DNA of 64,000 nucleotides from an uncultured Chloroflexia bacterium (GCA_963698505.1 CAVORC010000052.1:4294-68293); one strand, 5' to 3'; shown: positions 1 through 9,935, counted from the stretch's first letter. Notes: generated by a model from the letters alone, not told the origin. Numbers and translations are program-made.

Positions 1-173
1 GAAAGCTGACGGTAGGTCCAGCGCTCATCGGCCATGCCCCGCCGGATGATCATGGCCACCGACTCCGGGGTCCTTGACGTGGCCCGCTCCAGCAACTCCA
101 CGAGCGTCTCGCCGCTGAGGGCAGCGATGGCGGGGTCGAGGGCCGGTCCGATGACCGTTCGTACGGGAGTCAT
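1..173 (-). CDS. adenylate-forming enzyme (acyl-CoA synthetase-like), 5' end only; the gene runs off the window start
   Basis: Not in the ORF track (<60 aa). ATG at 173 has GGAGG 7 nt upstream (181-185, minus strand). The translation MTPVRTVIGPALDPAIAALSGETLVELLERATSRTPESVAMIIRRGMADERWTYRQL has G/C-rich third positions and the W-T-Y-x-x-L pattern common near N-termini of AMP-dependent ligases. Confidence 0.4.
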   Translation of the reverse strand, partial: MTPVRTVIGPALDPAIAALSGETLVELLERATSRTPESVAMIIRRGMADERWTYRQL

Positions 174-423
174 GGCTACACCTCCGTGGTCGAGAGGGTG
201 GACTTGCATGCCCGCAGGGTGCGCTTCGCCGCCACCTGCGTCATCGGGCAGGCCCTTAGGTTTCACCTCATTCGTGGCGGTCGGGCGGCCTCGCGCGAGG
301 TCAGGTCGACTGGGTCAGGAATGAGGCGACGGTTGAGGCGCTGCCCGGTGCGCCAACGCCTCCTTATCGCGAAACTGGGTCCCAACGCCGGACCTCTCGG
401 CACCTGCGGACGGAGGACCACCA

Positions 424-1344
424 ATGCGACTCGCTCAGGCCCTGGCGGGCAACGTGATGCGCAGACCCCTGGTTTCGAGGTTGGGCATGGCCATGGTCGT
501 GTCCGCGGGGTGCGGCGTTCTCGCCGGCGGCGCGTCGGGCGTGCACGCCGACACCACAGGCACCGTCGCACGATCGGGACCGGCCCCTGCGGTCTGCATC
601 GAGGCCGACGCTGCTGCTCTCGACCCGGGCGCCTGGGCAGAGGTGCTGGAAGCCATCGAGCTGGCCACCGAGCAGAAGCCCGACTTCTTCCCCGATGCCA
701 CGGTCGTGTCTGTCCCGGATCTGACCGAGCCATGGGACGCCGCAGACACCCCGACCGTCCGCATCGGCATCTGGGCCACCGCGTCCGACGCCCCCGACTC
801 CGCCGGGGATGGCCGACAGGGCCTCGCTGCCACCGACTGCCTGGCCGATGGCGCGAGCTGGACCACCACCATCTCCGGGGAGCTGCTTCAGGCGGGTGCG
901 GAGCGCATCCTGGCCGGCGCGCGACTGCCCGACGACAGCGGCAGCCCGCCCATCCGCGAGGATGCGGAGGCCGCCATCGCGGTCGAGCTCGACCCGGCCG
1001 ACGGGCGCGTGCGCACGACCCTGCAGTTCACCGTGCCCGTGGGGCCGCTGCGGCTCGGTGGCACATGCTGGATCGATGACGCCCTCGCCATCGACGGTGC
1101 CAGCGGCACCGCGGTCACGCGTGCCTCGAGCGGCATGGACGTGGACCCGTTCACGGAGTCCGCGTGCCAGAAGTTCGCGGCCTTCATGACCGAGGGCGGC
1201 GCGGGCGAGCAGGCTCTCGCGCTGCTCCCGGTGGCGATCGCGCTGAGCGATGGCGCGACTGCCCGATTCGTCACCACGTCGGCCACCGTCAGCGACCAGG
1301 GCGTCGTCATGTCCGGCGCGGTCCGCGGGCCAAGCGGTTCCTGA
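424..1344 (+). CDS. hypothetical secreted protein
   Basis: 306-aa ORF. GGAGGA lies 6 nt upstream of the ATG. The N-terminus MRLAQALAGNVMRRPLVSRLGMAMVVSAGCGVLAGGASG looks like a signal or lipoprotein-type peptide. G/C-rich third positions. No family recognised. Confidence 0.6.
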   Translation: MRLAQALAGNVMRRPLVSRLGMAMVVSAGCGVLAGGASGVHADTTGTVARSGPAPAVCIEADAAALDPGAWAEVLEAIELATEQKPDFFPDATVVSVPDLTEPWDAADTPTVRIGIWATASDAPDSAGDGRQGLAATDCLADGASWTTTISGELLQAGAERILAGARLPDDSGSPPIREDAEAAIAVELDPADGRVRTTLQFTVPVGPLRLGGTCWIDDALAIDGASGTAVTRASSGMDVDPFTESACQKFAAFMTEGGAGEQALALLPVAIALSDGATARFVTTSATVSDQGVVMSGAVRGPSGS

Positions 1345-1357
1345 CCTGGAGGATGAG

Positions 1358-3004
1358 ATGGACACGATACGGTCCAGGCGAACGACGAGGCAGACAGTGC
1401 GACCAGCGCCATGGAGCACGGCGGCGCTGACGCCGCCCGCGCTGGGTGGGTTCCTGCGGGCCGCCTGGCTGTTCCCGCTCGACGTCGCCTTCCGCCTCTT
1501 CGGCCTTCGATATGCCTGGCTCAAGGCGTTGTTCACCTATGGGCCGCCAGGTGGGCTCGAGTTCCTGGGCCGCCTGCGGGCCGAACGGGCCGCCTTCCGG
1601 ACGATCCGCCGCGTGCCGGCCTACCGTCGACTCCTGCGAGACCACGATATCCGCGCGGACAGGGCCTGGCCGCTGGGCATCCTGTGGCGCCTGCCCGAGA
1701 CGGACAAGCGCAACTACATCGACCGCTATTCGATGGAGGACCGCTGTGTCGACGGACAGTTCACCTTCGTCGGCACCACCCTCGACGAGTCCAGCGGCTC
1801 GACGGGTCGACCCTACGACTGGATCCGCGGTCAGCGGGAGCGCGACATCGCCCACCGAAACATCGGCTTCTTCGCGCGCTACATCTTCGGGGCGCAGCCG
1901 CTGGTGACCATCAACGCCTTCTCCATGGGCGCCTGGGCGGCCGGCGTCAATACCGCGGCCGGCATGAACCGCCACGGCATCGTCAAGTCGACCGGCCCGG
2001 ACCTGGACAAGATCTTCTCCACGCTGCGACTGCTGGGACCCGGCTACCGCTACGCCATCTGTGGCTATCCGCCGTTCCTCAAGCGCATGCTGGACGTTGG
2101 TGACGCCGACGGCTTCCCGTGGGCGGAGTACGAGCTCCATGGCCTGGTCGGCGGAGAGGGCATGGCCGAGGGCCTGCGTGACTACCTCCTGCAGCGCTTC
2201 ACGTCGGTCTACTCGGGCTACGGTGCGACGGACCTCGAGGTGGGCATGGCAGCCGAGACACCGGTGAGCGTCGCGCTCCGACGTATCGCCCGGGCCGATC
2301 CCGACGTGCGAGTCGCGCTGTTCGGCGATCGTTCGCGCTTGCCCATGGTCTTCCAGTACAACCCGCTCATCCACTACCTGGAGGTGAACGCCGAGTCGGA
2401 GGTGGTGGCCACCGTCAGTCGGCTGGACCTGCTGGCACCACGCATCCGCTACAACGTCCACGACGAGGGCGGGCTCGCGAGGTACCACCGCATCGGCCGG
2501 CTGCTGAAGGCGCACGGCTACGACCTGGGCCGGCTGGGCCAGGAACCTGCGGCCCACGGGCCACGTGGCCCGCTGCCGTGGACCGAGCCCGTACCCCTCC
2601 CCTTCGTCTGGATCTTCGGCCGGCGCGACGCGACCATCAGCGTCATGGGCGCCAACATCTACCCGGAGGACGTGGAGGCGACCATCTATCGCGACCCCGA
2701 CGTGGCGGGGATGGTCCACTCGTTCCAGCTGGCGGTCGTGCAGGACGAGTCGCAGACGCCACGGCCGGGGGTCTTCCTCGAGCTCACCGAGGGCGCGACG
2801 GTCGACGACGCCTGGCGTGCCGATCGTGCCGTGCGGATCCGTGACGGGGTGGCGGCGCTCAGCCGCGACTATCGAACGTCGCTCGACGAGTATCCCGAAG
2901 CGATGCTGCCGATCGTGGAGACCTACGCCCTGGGCAGCGGCCCGTTCGCGGCCGACGAAGGCCGCATCAAGCAGCGCCGCATCGCCTCGCTCAGTCGATC
3001 GTGA
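1358..3004 (+). CDS. PaaK / coenzyme F390 synthetase-like adenylate-forming enzyme
   Basis: ATG at 1358 is preceded by GGAGGA. It is in frame with the 1250..3004 ORF. The P-loop-like adenylation motif SSGSTGRPY and the overall length (548 aa) are typical of phenylacetate-CoA ligase/CapK-type enzymes. Confidence 0.7.
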   Translation: MDTIRSRRTTRQTVRPAPWSTAALTPPALGGFLRAAWLFPLDVAFRLFGLRYAWLKALFTYGPPGGLEFLGRLRAERAAFRTIRRVPAYRRLLRDHDIRADRAWPLGILWRLPETDKRNYIDRYSMEDRCVDGQFTFVGTTLDESSGSTGRPYDWIRGQRERDIAHRNIGFFARYIFGAQPLVTINAFSMGAWAAGVNTAAGMNRHGIVKSTGPDLDKIFSTLRLLGPGYRYAICGYPPFLKRMLDVGDADGFPWAEYELHGLVGGEGMAEGLRDYLLQRFTSVYSGYGATDLEVGMAAETPVSVALRRIARADPDVRVALFGDRSRLPMVFQYNPLIHYLEVNAESEVVATVSRLDLLAPRIRYNVHDEGGLARYHRIGRLLKAHGYDLGRLGQEPAAHGPRGPLPWTEPVPLPFVWIFGRRDATISVMGANIYPEDVEATIYRDPDVAGMVHSFQLAVVQDESQTPRPGVFLELTEGATVDDAWRADRAVRIRDGVAALSRDYRTSLDEYPEAMLPIVETYALGSGPFAADEGRIKQRRIASLSRS

Positions 3005-3893
3005 CCGGGCCCGGCATCGTCAGGCCCAGGTGCTCGACGAGCGCAGCCAGCTCGAGCAGCGTCGTCTCATCCAGCGCCGGGTACGGTCGGCGTGGCGTGG
3101 CGTGGGCGATGGCCCCACGCTGCTGATAGATGAGCTTGCGCAGCGGCAGGTTGAGCCCGGCCTGATTCTCGTAGCGGATGAGCGGCAGATAGCGATAGAA
3201 GGTGTCACGCGCCCGGTCGAGGGCTCCTGCACGGAAGTCGCGGTAGATCGAGACCAGGATCTCGGGGAAGCCGAAGCCGGTCATCATGCCCACCGCGCCA
3301 CGCTGCAGCTCCTCCAGCATGAAGTTGCCGCCGAGGCCGCCGAAGACCTGCACATCCGGGTTGGCCGCCAGGATGGCGCTGACCTTCTGCGCGGTGGGGT
3401 CGTCCTCCAGCTTGAGATAACGACACGAGGGGATGTCCGCGGCCAGCCGCCCGACGAAGTCGGGCGTCATGAAGACACCTGAGCCGGAGGGAAAGTCCTG
3501 TACCACGATGGGCACATCCACCGCGTCCGCCATGGCCTCGTAGTGGCGGCGAACAGCCGCCTCGTTGGGGCGGGCCAGGCGCGGCGGTGCCACCAGCAGT
3601 CCTGCTGCGCCGCGAGCGACGGCATCGCGCGCGAAGGCGATGCCGGGGTCCGTGGCCGGCGCCGTGGCGCCCACGATGACCGGGACGCGGCCACCGGCCG
3701 TGGCCACGCTGATCTCGATGACCAGCGCGCGCTCCGACTCGGTCAGCTTGCCGGCCTCGCCGAGGAAGCCCAGGATGGTGAGCCCGTCCACACCGGTGGC
3801 GATGACGAACTCGATGAGCCGGGCCAGGCTGGCCTCGTCGATGGCGCCGGTCTCGTCGAAGGGCGTGGGAACGATGTTGTAGATGCCCTGCAC
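2991..3893 (-). CDS. dihydrodipicolinate synthase / N-acetylneuraminate lyase family (DapA-like) aldolase
   Basis: 300-aa ORF with a GTG start. The N-terminus QGIYNIVPTPFDETGAIDEASLARLIEFVIATGVDGLTILGFLGEAGKLTESER matches the DHDPS-family TIM-barrel pattern. Its 3' end overlaps the convergent gene by 14 nt. Confidence 0.8.
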   Translation of the reverse strand: MQGIYNIVPTPFDETGAIDEASLARLIEFVIATGVDGLTILGFLGEAGKLTESERALVIEISVATAGGRVPVIVGATAPATDPGIAFARDAVARGAAGLLVAPPRLARPNEAAVRRHYEAMADAVDVPIVVQDFPSGSGVFMTPDFVGRLAADIPSCRYLKLEDDPTAQKVSAILAANPDVQVFGGLGGNFMLEELQRGAVGMMTGFGFPEILVSIYRDFRAGALDRARDTFYRYLPLIRYENQAGLNLPLRKLIYQQRGAIAHATPRRPYPALDETTLLELAALVEHLGLTMPGPVTID

Positions 3894-3929
3894 GCTGGTC
3901 CCCCTGTGGTGCTGTGTGGCTGCCTGTGG

Positions 3930-4697
3930 CTATGGAAGGGCGCGCACCATGCCGCCGTCGACGGGCACGATGGCGCCGCTGACGTATGACGCCGCGGGTG
4001 AGAGCAGGAACGCCGCCACGCGGCCCATCTCATCGGTGCGCCCGTAGCGTCCCAGCGGGATCCTCGCCTCTGTCTGGCGCTGCACCTCCTCCAGCGAGAG
4101 GCCATCGGCCTGGGCGCGGGTCGTATCAAGCTGCCGCACGCGATCGGTGGCGAAGCGGCCGGGTGCCACGCCGTTGATGCGGATGGGCGCGATCTCCGCG
4201 GTGAGGTTCTTGATGAGCCCGACCAGCCCCGGGCGCAGCACGTTGCTGGTGGTCAGGCCGGGGATGGGTTCACGCACGGACGAGGAGAGGTTGACGACGA
4301 TGGCCGGGTCGCTGCCCTCGCGCAGGTGCGGCAGGGCCGCGCGGATCAGGCGCAGGGTCGACTGCAGCGTGCCCTCGATGGCCCGCAGCCAGTCATCCTC
4401 GCCCAGCGACTCGAACGTGCCCGCCGGAGGCCCGCCGGAGTTCACCACCAGCAGGTCAAGCCCGCCGAGCTGCTCCACGCTTGCTGCCACCGCGGCCGCG
4501 GGGCCCTCCGCCGTCGCCAGGTCGGCGACCACCCAGGCAGCGCCGATGGCTTCAGCCCCGGCGCGCAGGCGCTCCGCGGTCCGCCCGACGAGCACGACGC
4601 GGGTGCCCTCTGCTGCCAGGACGCCGGCGATGCCGGCCCCGATGCCGGAACCGCCGCCACCGACCAGTGCACGCTTGCCGCTCAGCCCCAGGTCCAC
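3930..4697 (-). CDS. short-chain dehydrogenase/reductase (SDR)
   Basis: GTG at 4697 lies within the 704-aa shadow ORF. It carries the Rossmann motif GGGGSGIGAGIA, a NSGG motif, and the C-terminal YVSGAIVPVDGG typical of classical SDRs. Confidence 0.85.
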   Translation of the reverse strand: MDLGLSGKRALVGGGGSGIGAGIAGVLAAEGTRVVLVGRTAERLRAGAEAIGAAWVVADLATAEGPAAAVAASVEQLGGLDLLVVNSGGPPAGTFESLGEDDWLRAIEGTLQSTLRLIRAALPHLREGSDPAIVVNLSSSVREPIPGLTTSNVLRPGLVGLIKNLTAEIAPIRINGVAPGRFATDRVRQLDTTRAQADGLSLEEVQRQTEARIPLGRYGRTDEMGRVAAFLLSPAASYVSGAIVPVDGGMVRALP

Positions 4698-4868
4698 TCC
4701 TGCCTCCTCGTCCGGTGCGCGTCTGTCGCGTGCGACCCAGCATAGCGAAGCGCGCGGCCGGTCCCGACGCCGGGCAGGACCAACGGGTGGTGCGTCCCGG
4801 CGCTGCGGCACCCTTAGCATGCGGAGCGTCCGGCCTGCCCCCGGGTCGTCCGAGCACGGGAGAGACAG

Positions 4869-5595
4869 ATGAAGGGAGTGGTCCTCGCCGGAGGCACCGG
4901 CTCGCGGCTGCATCCGCTGACGCTGGTCACCAACAAGCACCTGCTGCCGGTCTACGACCGGCCCATGATCTACTACCCCCTGCAGACGCTCGCCGGCATG
5001 GGCATCAGCGAGGTCATGGTCATCCTCGGTGGGCGCAGCATCGGCGACATCGTGGAGCTGCTGTCCGACGGCCAGGAGCACGGCCTCGACCTGACCTACC
5101 GCTACCAGCGCGGCTCCCTCGGCATCGCCCACGCCATCGGCCTGTGCCGCCAGTTCGTGGGCCAGGAGCCCTTCTGCGTCGTCCTCGGCGACAACATCCT
5201 GCGTGGCGACCCGCTCTCGAAGGCGGCGGCGGAGTTCGAGGCCGGACCGTACGGCGCGGGCGCACTGCTCTACCGGGTGCCCGACCCGCAACGCTTCGGC
5301 GTGGCCGAGTTCGACGAGGAGGGCAATGTCATCGGGTTCGAGGAGAAGCCGAAGGAGCCCAAGAGCGATTCCATCCCCATCGGCGTCTACTTCCTGCGCC
5401 CGGGCGCCTTCGACGTCATCGAGCAGCTGACCCCGTCCGGCCGTGGCGAGTTCGAGATCACCGACGTGCTCAACCACTACATCGGCGAGGGCGGGCTCTA
5501 CAGCGCCCACTACGAGGGTCGAGTGGCACGACGCCGGCACCATCGAGTCGCTGCTGGATGCCGGCGCCATGGCGGCCGGCGAGCGTGACGCCTGA
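4869..5595 (+). pseudogene. rmlA: glucose-1-phosphate thymidylyltransferase RmlA, read through one frame change near 5525-5533
   Basis: The N-terminus is MKGVVLAGGTGSRLHPLT..NKHLLPVYDRPMIYYPL. After ...SAHYEG the listed frame turns Arg-rich (RVARRRHHRV). The +1 frame instead gives the canonical end EWHDAGTIESLLDAGAMAAGERDA with a stop at 5593-5595. Confidence 0.8.
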
Positions 5596-5609
5596 GCACA
5601 GCGACCAGC

Positions 5610-6489
5610 GTGACCGAAGCCACGGGACGATGCCCTCATCATCACCGGCTCGCGTGGCCGGCTGGGACGAGCCCTGATGGCGACCGCACCGGGACCGGTC
5701 AGCGGCTGGGATCGGCCGCTGCTCGACCTCGACGATCCGGCCGGCTGCGCCGCGCTGGTCGAGCGCGATCGCCCCGGTCTCGTCATCCACACCGCGGCCA
5801 TGACCGCGGTCGACGCTGCCGCCCTGGACCCCGAACGCGCGATGCGCCGGAACGGCGAGGCGACAGGAGCGCTGGCCCGTGCCTGCCGGAACGCCGGCGC
5901 GCGGCTGTTGCTCGATCTCCACCAACGAGGTCTTCGGCGGCGACCGCGCCGACGGACAGGGCTACGCGGAGGACGATCCCGTCGACCCGCCCAACGCGTA
6001 CGGCGCCAGCAAGCTGGCCGGCGAACAGGCTGCCAGCGAGGCATTCGCCGGCCACGACGGGCTCTGGATCGTGCGCACGTCCTGGCTCTTCGGCCCGCCT
6101 GGCGGAGACTTCCCCGCCAAGATCACCGCCGCGGCTGACGGCCTGGCCGAGGCGCCACTCGCTGTCGTGGCCGACGAGTACGGCTCGCCGACATACACGC
6201 TCGACCTCGCGCGTGCCATCCACTCGCTCGTGGCGCGGACCTCCGGGGGACGTACCACCTGGCCAACCGCGGGATCGCGTCGCGCTACGACTGGGCGCGC
6301 GCCGTCCTGGCCGTGCGACGGCCCGGCCGCGAGCTCAGGCCCATCGCGCAGGCAGCCTTCGAGCGACCATCTCAGCCACCGCGCTGGGGCGTGCTCGACA
6401 CCTCCAGGGCCGCCGCGACGGGAGTCACGCTGCGAGGATGGCCAGAGGCACTCGCCGAGTACCTGGCACACGATGGAGAGAGCGCATGA
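5610..6489 (+). pseudogene. rmlD: dTDP-4-dehydrorhamnose reductase RmlD, needs about 3 frame changes (about 5630, 5908 and 6247)
   Basis: Conserved segments sit in three frames. They are ALIITGSRGRLGRAL...VIHTAAMTAVDAAA...ARLLL, then ISTNEVFGGD...PPNAYGASKLAGEQ...GSPTYTLDLARAI, then TYHLANRGIASRYDWARAVL...AEYLAHDGESA*. The stop TGA at 6487-6489 overlaps the rmlC ATG (ATGA). Confidence 0.75.
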
Positions 6490-7067
6490 AGGTCACGCTG
6501 CAGCGCACATCCATCCCCGAGGTCCTCGTCGTCGAGCACGAGGTCTTCACCGATGAGCGCGGCTTCTTCATGGAGGCCTTCCACGCCGGTCACTTCGCGG
6601 AGTTCGCCGAGCTCGGGCTGCCGAGCTCGTTCGTGCAGCTCAACCACAGCCGCAGCACCCGCGGCGTCACGCGGGGCCTGCACTTCCAGTGGGAGCCGCC
6701 CATGGGCAAGCTCATGCGCGTGGTCCGAGGCGAGGCCTTCATCGTCGCCGTCGACATCCGGCCCGGATCCCCCACGCTGGGCCGATACGAGGCCATCACC
6801 GCCAGCGACGAGAACCACCTGCAGCTGTGGGCGCCGGCGTCGTTCGCGCGCGGCGTGTGCGCGCTCTCGGACGTGGCCGATATCGAGTACTTCACCACCG
6901 GCACCTACAACGGCGAGGCGGAATCGGGCATCGCCTGGGACGACCCTGACATCGGCATCGACTGGCCCATCCAGGATCCGACGCTGTCGGCGCGTGACAA
7001 GGCTGCCCAGTCCCTGGCCGAGTGGCTCAAGCGGCCGGAAGCTCAGCACTTCCGCTACGAGCGATAG
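6486..7067 (+). CDS. rmlC: dTDP-4-dehydrorhamnose 3,5-epimerase RmlC
   Basis: ATG at 6486 is in frame with the end of the 5610..7067 ORF. The sequence IPEVLVVEHEVFTDERGFFMEAF...RGLHFQ...KLMRVVRGEAFIVAVDIR...LWAPASFARG is the cupin RmlC pattern. Confidence 0.9.
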   Translation: MKVTLQRTSIPEVLVVEHEVFTDERGFFMEAFHAGHFAEFAELGLPSSFVQLNHSRSTRGVTRGLHFQWEPPMGKLMRVVRGEAFIVAVDIRPGSPTLGRYEAITASDENHLQLWAPASFARGVCALSDVADIEYFTTGTYNGEAESGIAWDDPDIGIDWPIQDPTLSARDKAAQSLAEWLKRPEAQHFRYER

Positions 7068-7080
7068 CGGCGAGACGTCG

Positions 7081-7998
7081 CTATGGCAGGCCCAGCTCGC
7101 GGAGGGGGACCGGGTCGCTGATCTCGCCCACGAAGGCGCCGCGCTCACTGCCATCGTAGAAACCCAGGACCTGCCACTCCCCGGCCCTGTCGCGGACCAG
7201 GCGAGCCGAGTAGAGGTCGGGCACAGGGATCTGCCGGGCGCCAGCGATGTCCCACGGGCCGAGCAGAGACTCGCCCAGCGCCAGGAAGGTACCGGACCGT
7301 TCCTCGGGATGCCGAGCGCGCCGGGCCTGGCTGATGCGCATGGTCCCGGCGGAGAACAGGAGGACCGGAACACCGTTGACGAGCTCCACCTGTGGCACCT
7401 CCAGATGCCCGAACTCGCCGGGCTCGGATAAGGGCGGGCGCACTTCCCAGTCGACCAGATCGGCGGACCAGGCATGGCCGATGACGCCGCGGGCGTCTTC
7501 CTCGCCCGACTTGGCGCGGGCCGTGATAAGGGCATGGAAGCCGTCACCGTCCGGATCGCGAAGGACCCACGGGTCGCGCCAGGCATCGTGTTCCACGCGC
7601 TCGTACCAGCGAGGGTCCAACTCGATGACCGGGTTGGCGGGATGCCTGGTCCAGGTCAGCAGGTCCCTCGAGGTCGCCAGGGCGATGCGCTGCTCGACCC
7701 CCGAGGCGGTCCGTTTCGTGCCCGTGTAGAACAGGTGCCAGGTACCACGCTCGTCGATCATCGAGCCGGTCCAGGTGGCCATGTCCTCCCACGACCCCGC
7801 CGGGCCGGGCTCGAGTGCCGTTCCCAGCACCTGCCAGTCCCGCAGGTCGGTCGAGACCGCGTGGCCCACGCTGGCGTTCCAGTGACGGGCGAGCTGGTCA
7901 CCCAGCGCCCGTGGCGCCTGCAGGAAGAAGATGTGGAACTCAGAGCCCGTATCGGCCAGCCAGAAGTCCCACACCCACTTGTCGGCGAGTCGCAGCAC
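7081..7998 (-). CDS. clan GH-J (GH32/GH68-like) beta-fructosidase/fructan hydrolase-like protein
   Basis: 305-aa ORF with WDFW (nucleophile-Asp region), WRDPWV (RDP motif) and GHLEVP (EC/EVP acid-base region) in the expected order. It sits next to a sugar ABC transporter. Confidence 0.7.
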   Translation of the reverse strand: MLRLADKWVWDFWLADTGSEFHIFFLQAPRALGDQLARHWNASVGHAVSTDLRDWQVLGTALEPGPAGSWEDMATWTGSMIDERGTWHLFYTGTKRTASGVEQRIALATSRDLLTWTRHPANPVIELDPRWYERVEHDAWRDPWVLRDPDGDGFHALITARAKSGEEDARGVIGHAWSADLVDWEVRPPLSEPGEFGHLEVPQVELVNGVPVLLFSAGTMRISQARRARHPEERSGTFLALGESLLGPWDIAGARQIPVPDLYSARLVRDRAGEWQVLGFYDGSERGAFVGEISDPVPLRELGLP

Positions 7999-8001
7999 GG
8001 C

Positions 8002-8907
8002 TCAGCCCTTGAGGCCGCTGGTCGCCACGCCCCGGACGAACTGGCGCTGGAAGATGATGAAGACGATGAGCAGCGGGACCACCATCATGGCGGCGTAGGC
8101 CATGATGTCGCCCCAGTCACGGGGCGGCAGTCCCTGGAACTCGGCGATGCCCATGGGCAGGGGTCGCGCCTCGATGCTGCGCGTGACCATGACGGGCCAC
8201 AGGTACTGACCCCACGAGGCCAGGAACATGAGGATGCCGGCTGCCGCATAGGCGGGCTTGGCCAACGGCGCTGCGATGCGGAAGAACGTCGTGACCGCCC
8301 CGGCACCGTCGATCTTGGCCGCTTCCTCGAGCTCCCTGGGGATGCCCAGGAAGAACGAGTAGAACAGGAAGATGTACAACGGCTGCGCGAGGAAGGGGAT
8401 GATCTGGGCGTGCAGCGTGTCGGTCCAGCCGAGCTCGGCCATGATCAGCAGCAGCGGCACCGCCAGCGTCTCGAAGGGCACGATGATCAGCGCCACCACG
8501 AGCAGCAGGATCACCCGCTTGCCCCAGAAGGGCACGCGAGCGAGCGCGTAGCCGAAGAGACTGTTGACCAGCAGCCCGCCGAAGACGATGCCCGCCGAGA
8601 TGATGGCGGAGTTGCGGAACGAGATCCAGAAGTTGCCCCGATCGGCCGCCTGCTGGTAGTTCTCGAAACCCACGAAGGGTTGCGGGACGAAGGCCTTGAG
8701 ACTGCCGCTGTCGGCGATGACAGACGTGTCGGCCTTGAACGAGCCCACGATCATGAAGGCGATGGGAAAGATGAAGAACAGCGCCAGCAGGGTGAGGACC
8801 CCGTACGCCAGGATGTAGTGGCGAACATGCTGACGCCGGATGGAGGCGTTGGCATCCTTGAGCGTGGCCCCCTGTCCGGCCGGGGCGCGTTTCGTGGCGG
8901 CGCTCAC
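8002..8907 (-). CDS. carbohydrate ABC transporter permease (MalG-like)
   Basis: 301-aa multi-TM ORF with the EAA-type loop EEAAKIDGAGAVTTFFRIAAPLAKP. Confidence 0.9.
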   Translation of the reverse strand: MSAATKRAPAGQGATLKDANASIRRQHVRHYILAYGVLTLLALFFIFPIAFMIVGSFKADTSVIADSGSLKAFVPQPFVGFENYQQAADRGNFWISFRNSAIISAGIVFGGLLVNSLFGYALARVPFWGKRVILLLVVALIIVPFETLAVPLLLIMAELGWTDTLHAQIIPFLAQPLYIFLFYSFFLGIPRELEEAAKIDGAGAVTTFFRIAAPLAKPAYAAAGILMFLASWGQYLWPVMVTRSIEARPLPMGIAEFQGLPPRDWGDIMAYAAMMVVPLLIVFIIFQRQFVRGVATSGLKG

Positions 8908-9860
8908 CGGACCTCTCCTTCCTGCTTGACCAGTCGCCGCTGGACGATGGTCACCGCAAGCACGATGAACAGGAAGATGACCGAGAGCGCGGAGCCTCGG
9001 CCGACGGCCTGTTGATTGAGACCGGTGTCGACGATGTCCACCATCAGGGTGCGCGTGGCATCAAGCGGCCCGCCCGGTCTGTCGGGCATGATCCAGACCT
9101 GGTCGAACAGGCGGAAGGCCAGGATCGTGGTGATGGTCAGCACGAAGAGCAGCGGGTTGCGGATGCCGGGCAAGGTCACGTGGAGGAACTGCTGCCAAGT
9201 GTTGGCGCCGTCCAGGCGAGCTGCCTCGTAGAGCGACTCGGGCACGTCCTGCAGTGCCGCGAGGAGGATGACCATCTGGAAGCCCACGCTTGCCCAGATG
9301 GACACCATGATGATGCCGGCCAGTGCGTATGCCGGGTCACCCAGCCAGTCCGGCGAGAAGTTGCCGAAGGTGATGATCTCGAAGAATGCGTTGATGAGCC
9401 CCTGGGGGTTCAGCAGCACGATCCAGATGACCGCAGTCGCTGCCATGACCACCGTGATGGGGATGAAGAAGATCGTGCGGAAGACGACCACGCCCCGTAG
9501 CTTCTGGTTCACCAGGATGGCCAGGAAGAGGGCGAAGAAGGTCTGCAGCGGGACGACGACGAGGCTGAAGGCGACGTTGTTGGTCAGGGCCGTCCAGAAC
9601 CGCGGGTTGTTGAAGACGCGCGCGTAGTTGTCGAAGCCGATCCACTGCGTCTCCCGGCCCGGCGGCGACAGCAGTCGCTCGTTGGTGAACGAGAAGTAGA
9701 ACGCCAGCACGAACGGCAGGATGATGAAGCAGGTGATGAGGATGAGTGCCGGTGCTGAGAACAGCCAGCCGGCGACCGAGTCCCCTCCGAACCTGGGCCG
9801 TCCCGGCCCGGGGGAACCTGTGCCCCCTGCGCGGGCAGCGCCACTTGGTACCACGCTCAT
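8904..9860 (-). CDS. carbohydrate ABC transporter permease (MalF-like)
   Basis: Multi-TM ORF with the EAA loop YEAARLDGANTWQQFLHVTLPGIRNP. It overlaps the downstream permease by 4 nt. ATG at 9860 has a purine-rich SD; an alternative ATG lies at 9890. Confidence 0.9.
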   Translation of the reverse strand: MSVVPSGAARAGGTGSPGPGRPRFGGDSVAGWLFSAPALILITCFIILPFVLAFYFSFTNERLLSPPGRETQWIGFDNYARVFNNPRFWTALTNNVAFSLVVVPLQTFFALFLAILVNQKLRGVVVFRTIFFIPITVVMAATAVIWIVLLNPQGLINAFFEIITFGNFSPDWLGDPAYALAGIIMVSIWASVGFQMVILLAALQDVPESLYEAARLDGANTWQQFLHVTLPGIRNPLLFVLTITTILAFRLFDQVWIMPDRPGGPLDATRTLMVDIVDTGLNQQAVGRGSALSVIFLFIVLAVTIVQRRLVKQEGEVR

Positions 9861-9935
9861 CTTCGCCTCACCCTTCCCTCGGTGGAGCATCGGGTGCGGG
9901 GCATGGGATCGCCCCGCACCCGATAGCGCTAGCGG

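Noticed and set aside
4698-6044. The upstream two-thirds of the 704-aa minus-strand ORF 3930..6044.
   Set aside because: Only the last 255 codons (the SDR) look like protein. The remainder is antisense to rmlA/rmlD and is Arg/Pro/Ser-rich.
7474-9015. Long plus-strand ORFs opposite known genes: 7474..9015, 13251..14621, 13898..15316, 33334..34551, 40918..42324, 42803..44443, 59830..61251 and 62412..63929.
   Set aside because: Each overlaps a minus-strand gene with clear family motifs. Their own translations are low-complexity (R/G/A/P/H/D) with no recognisable domain.
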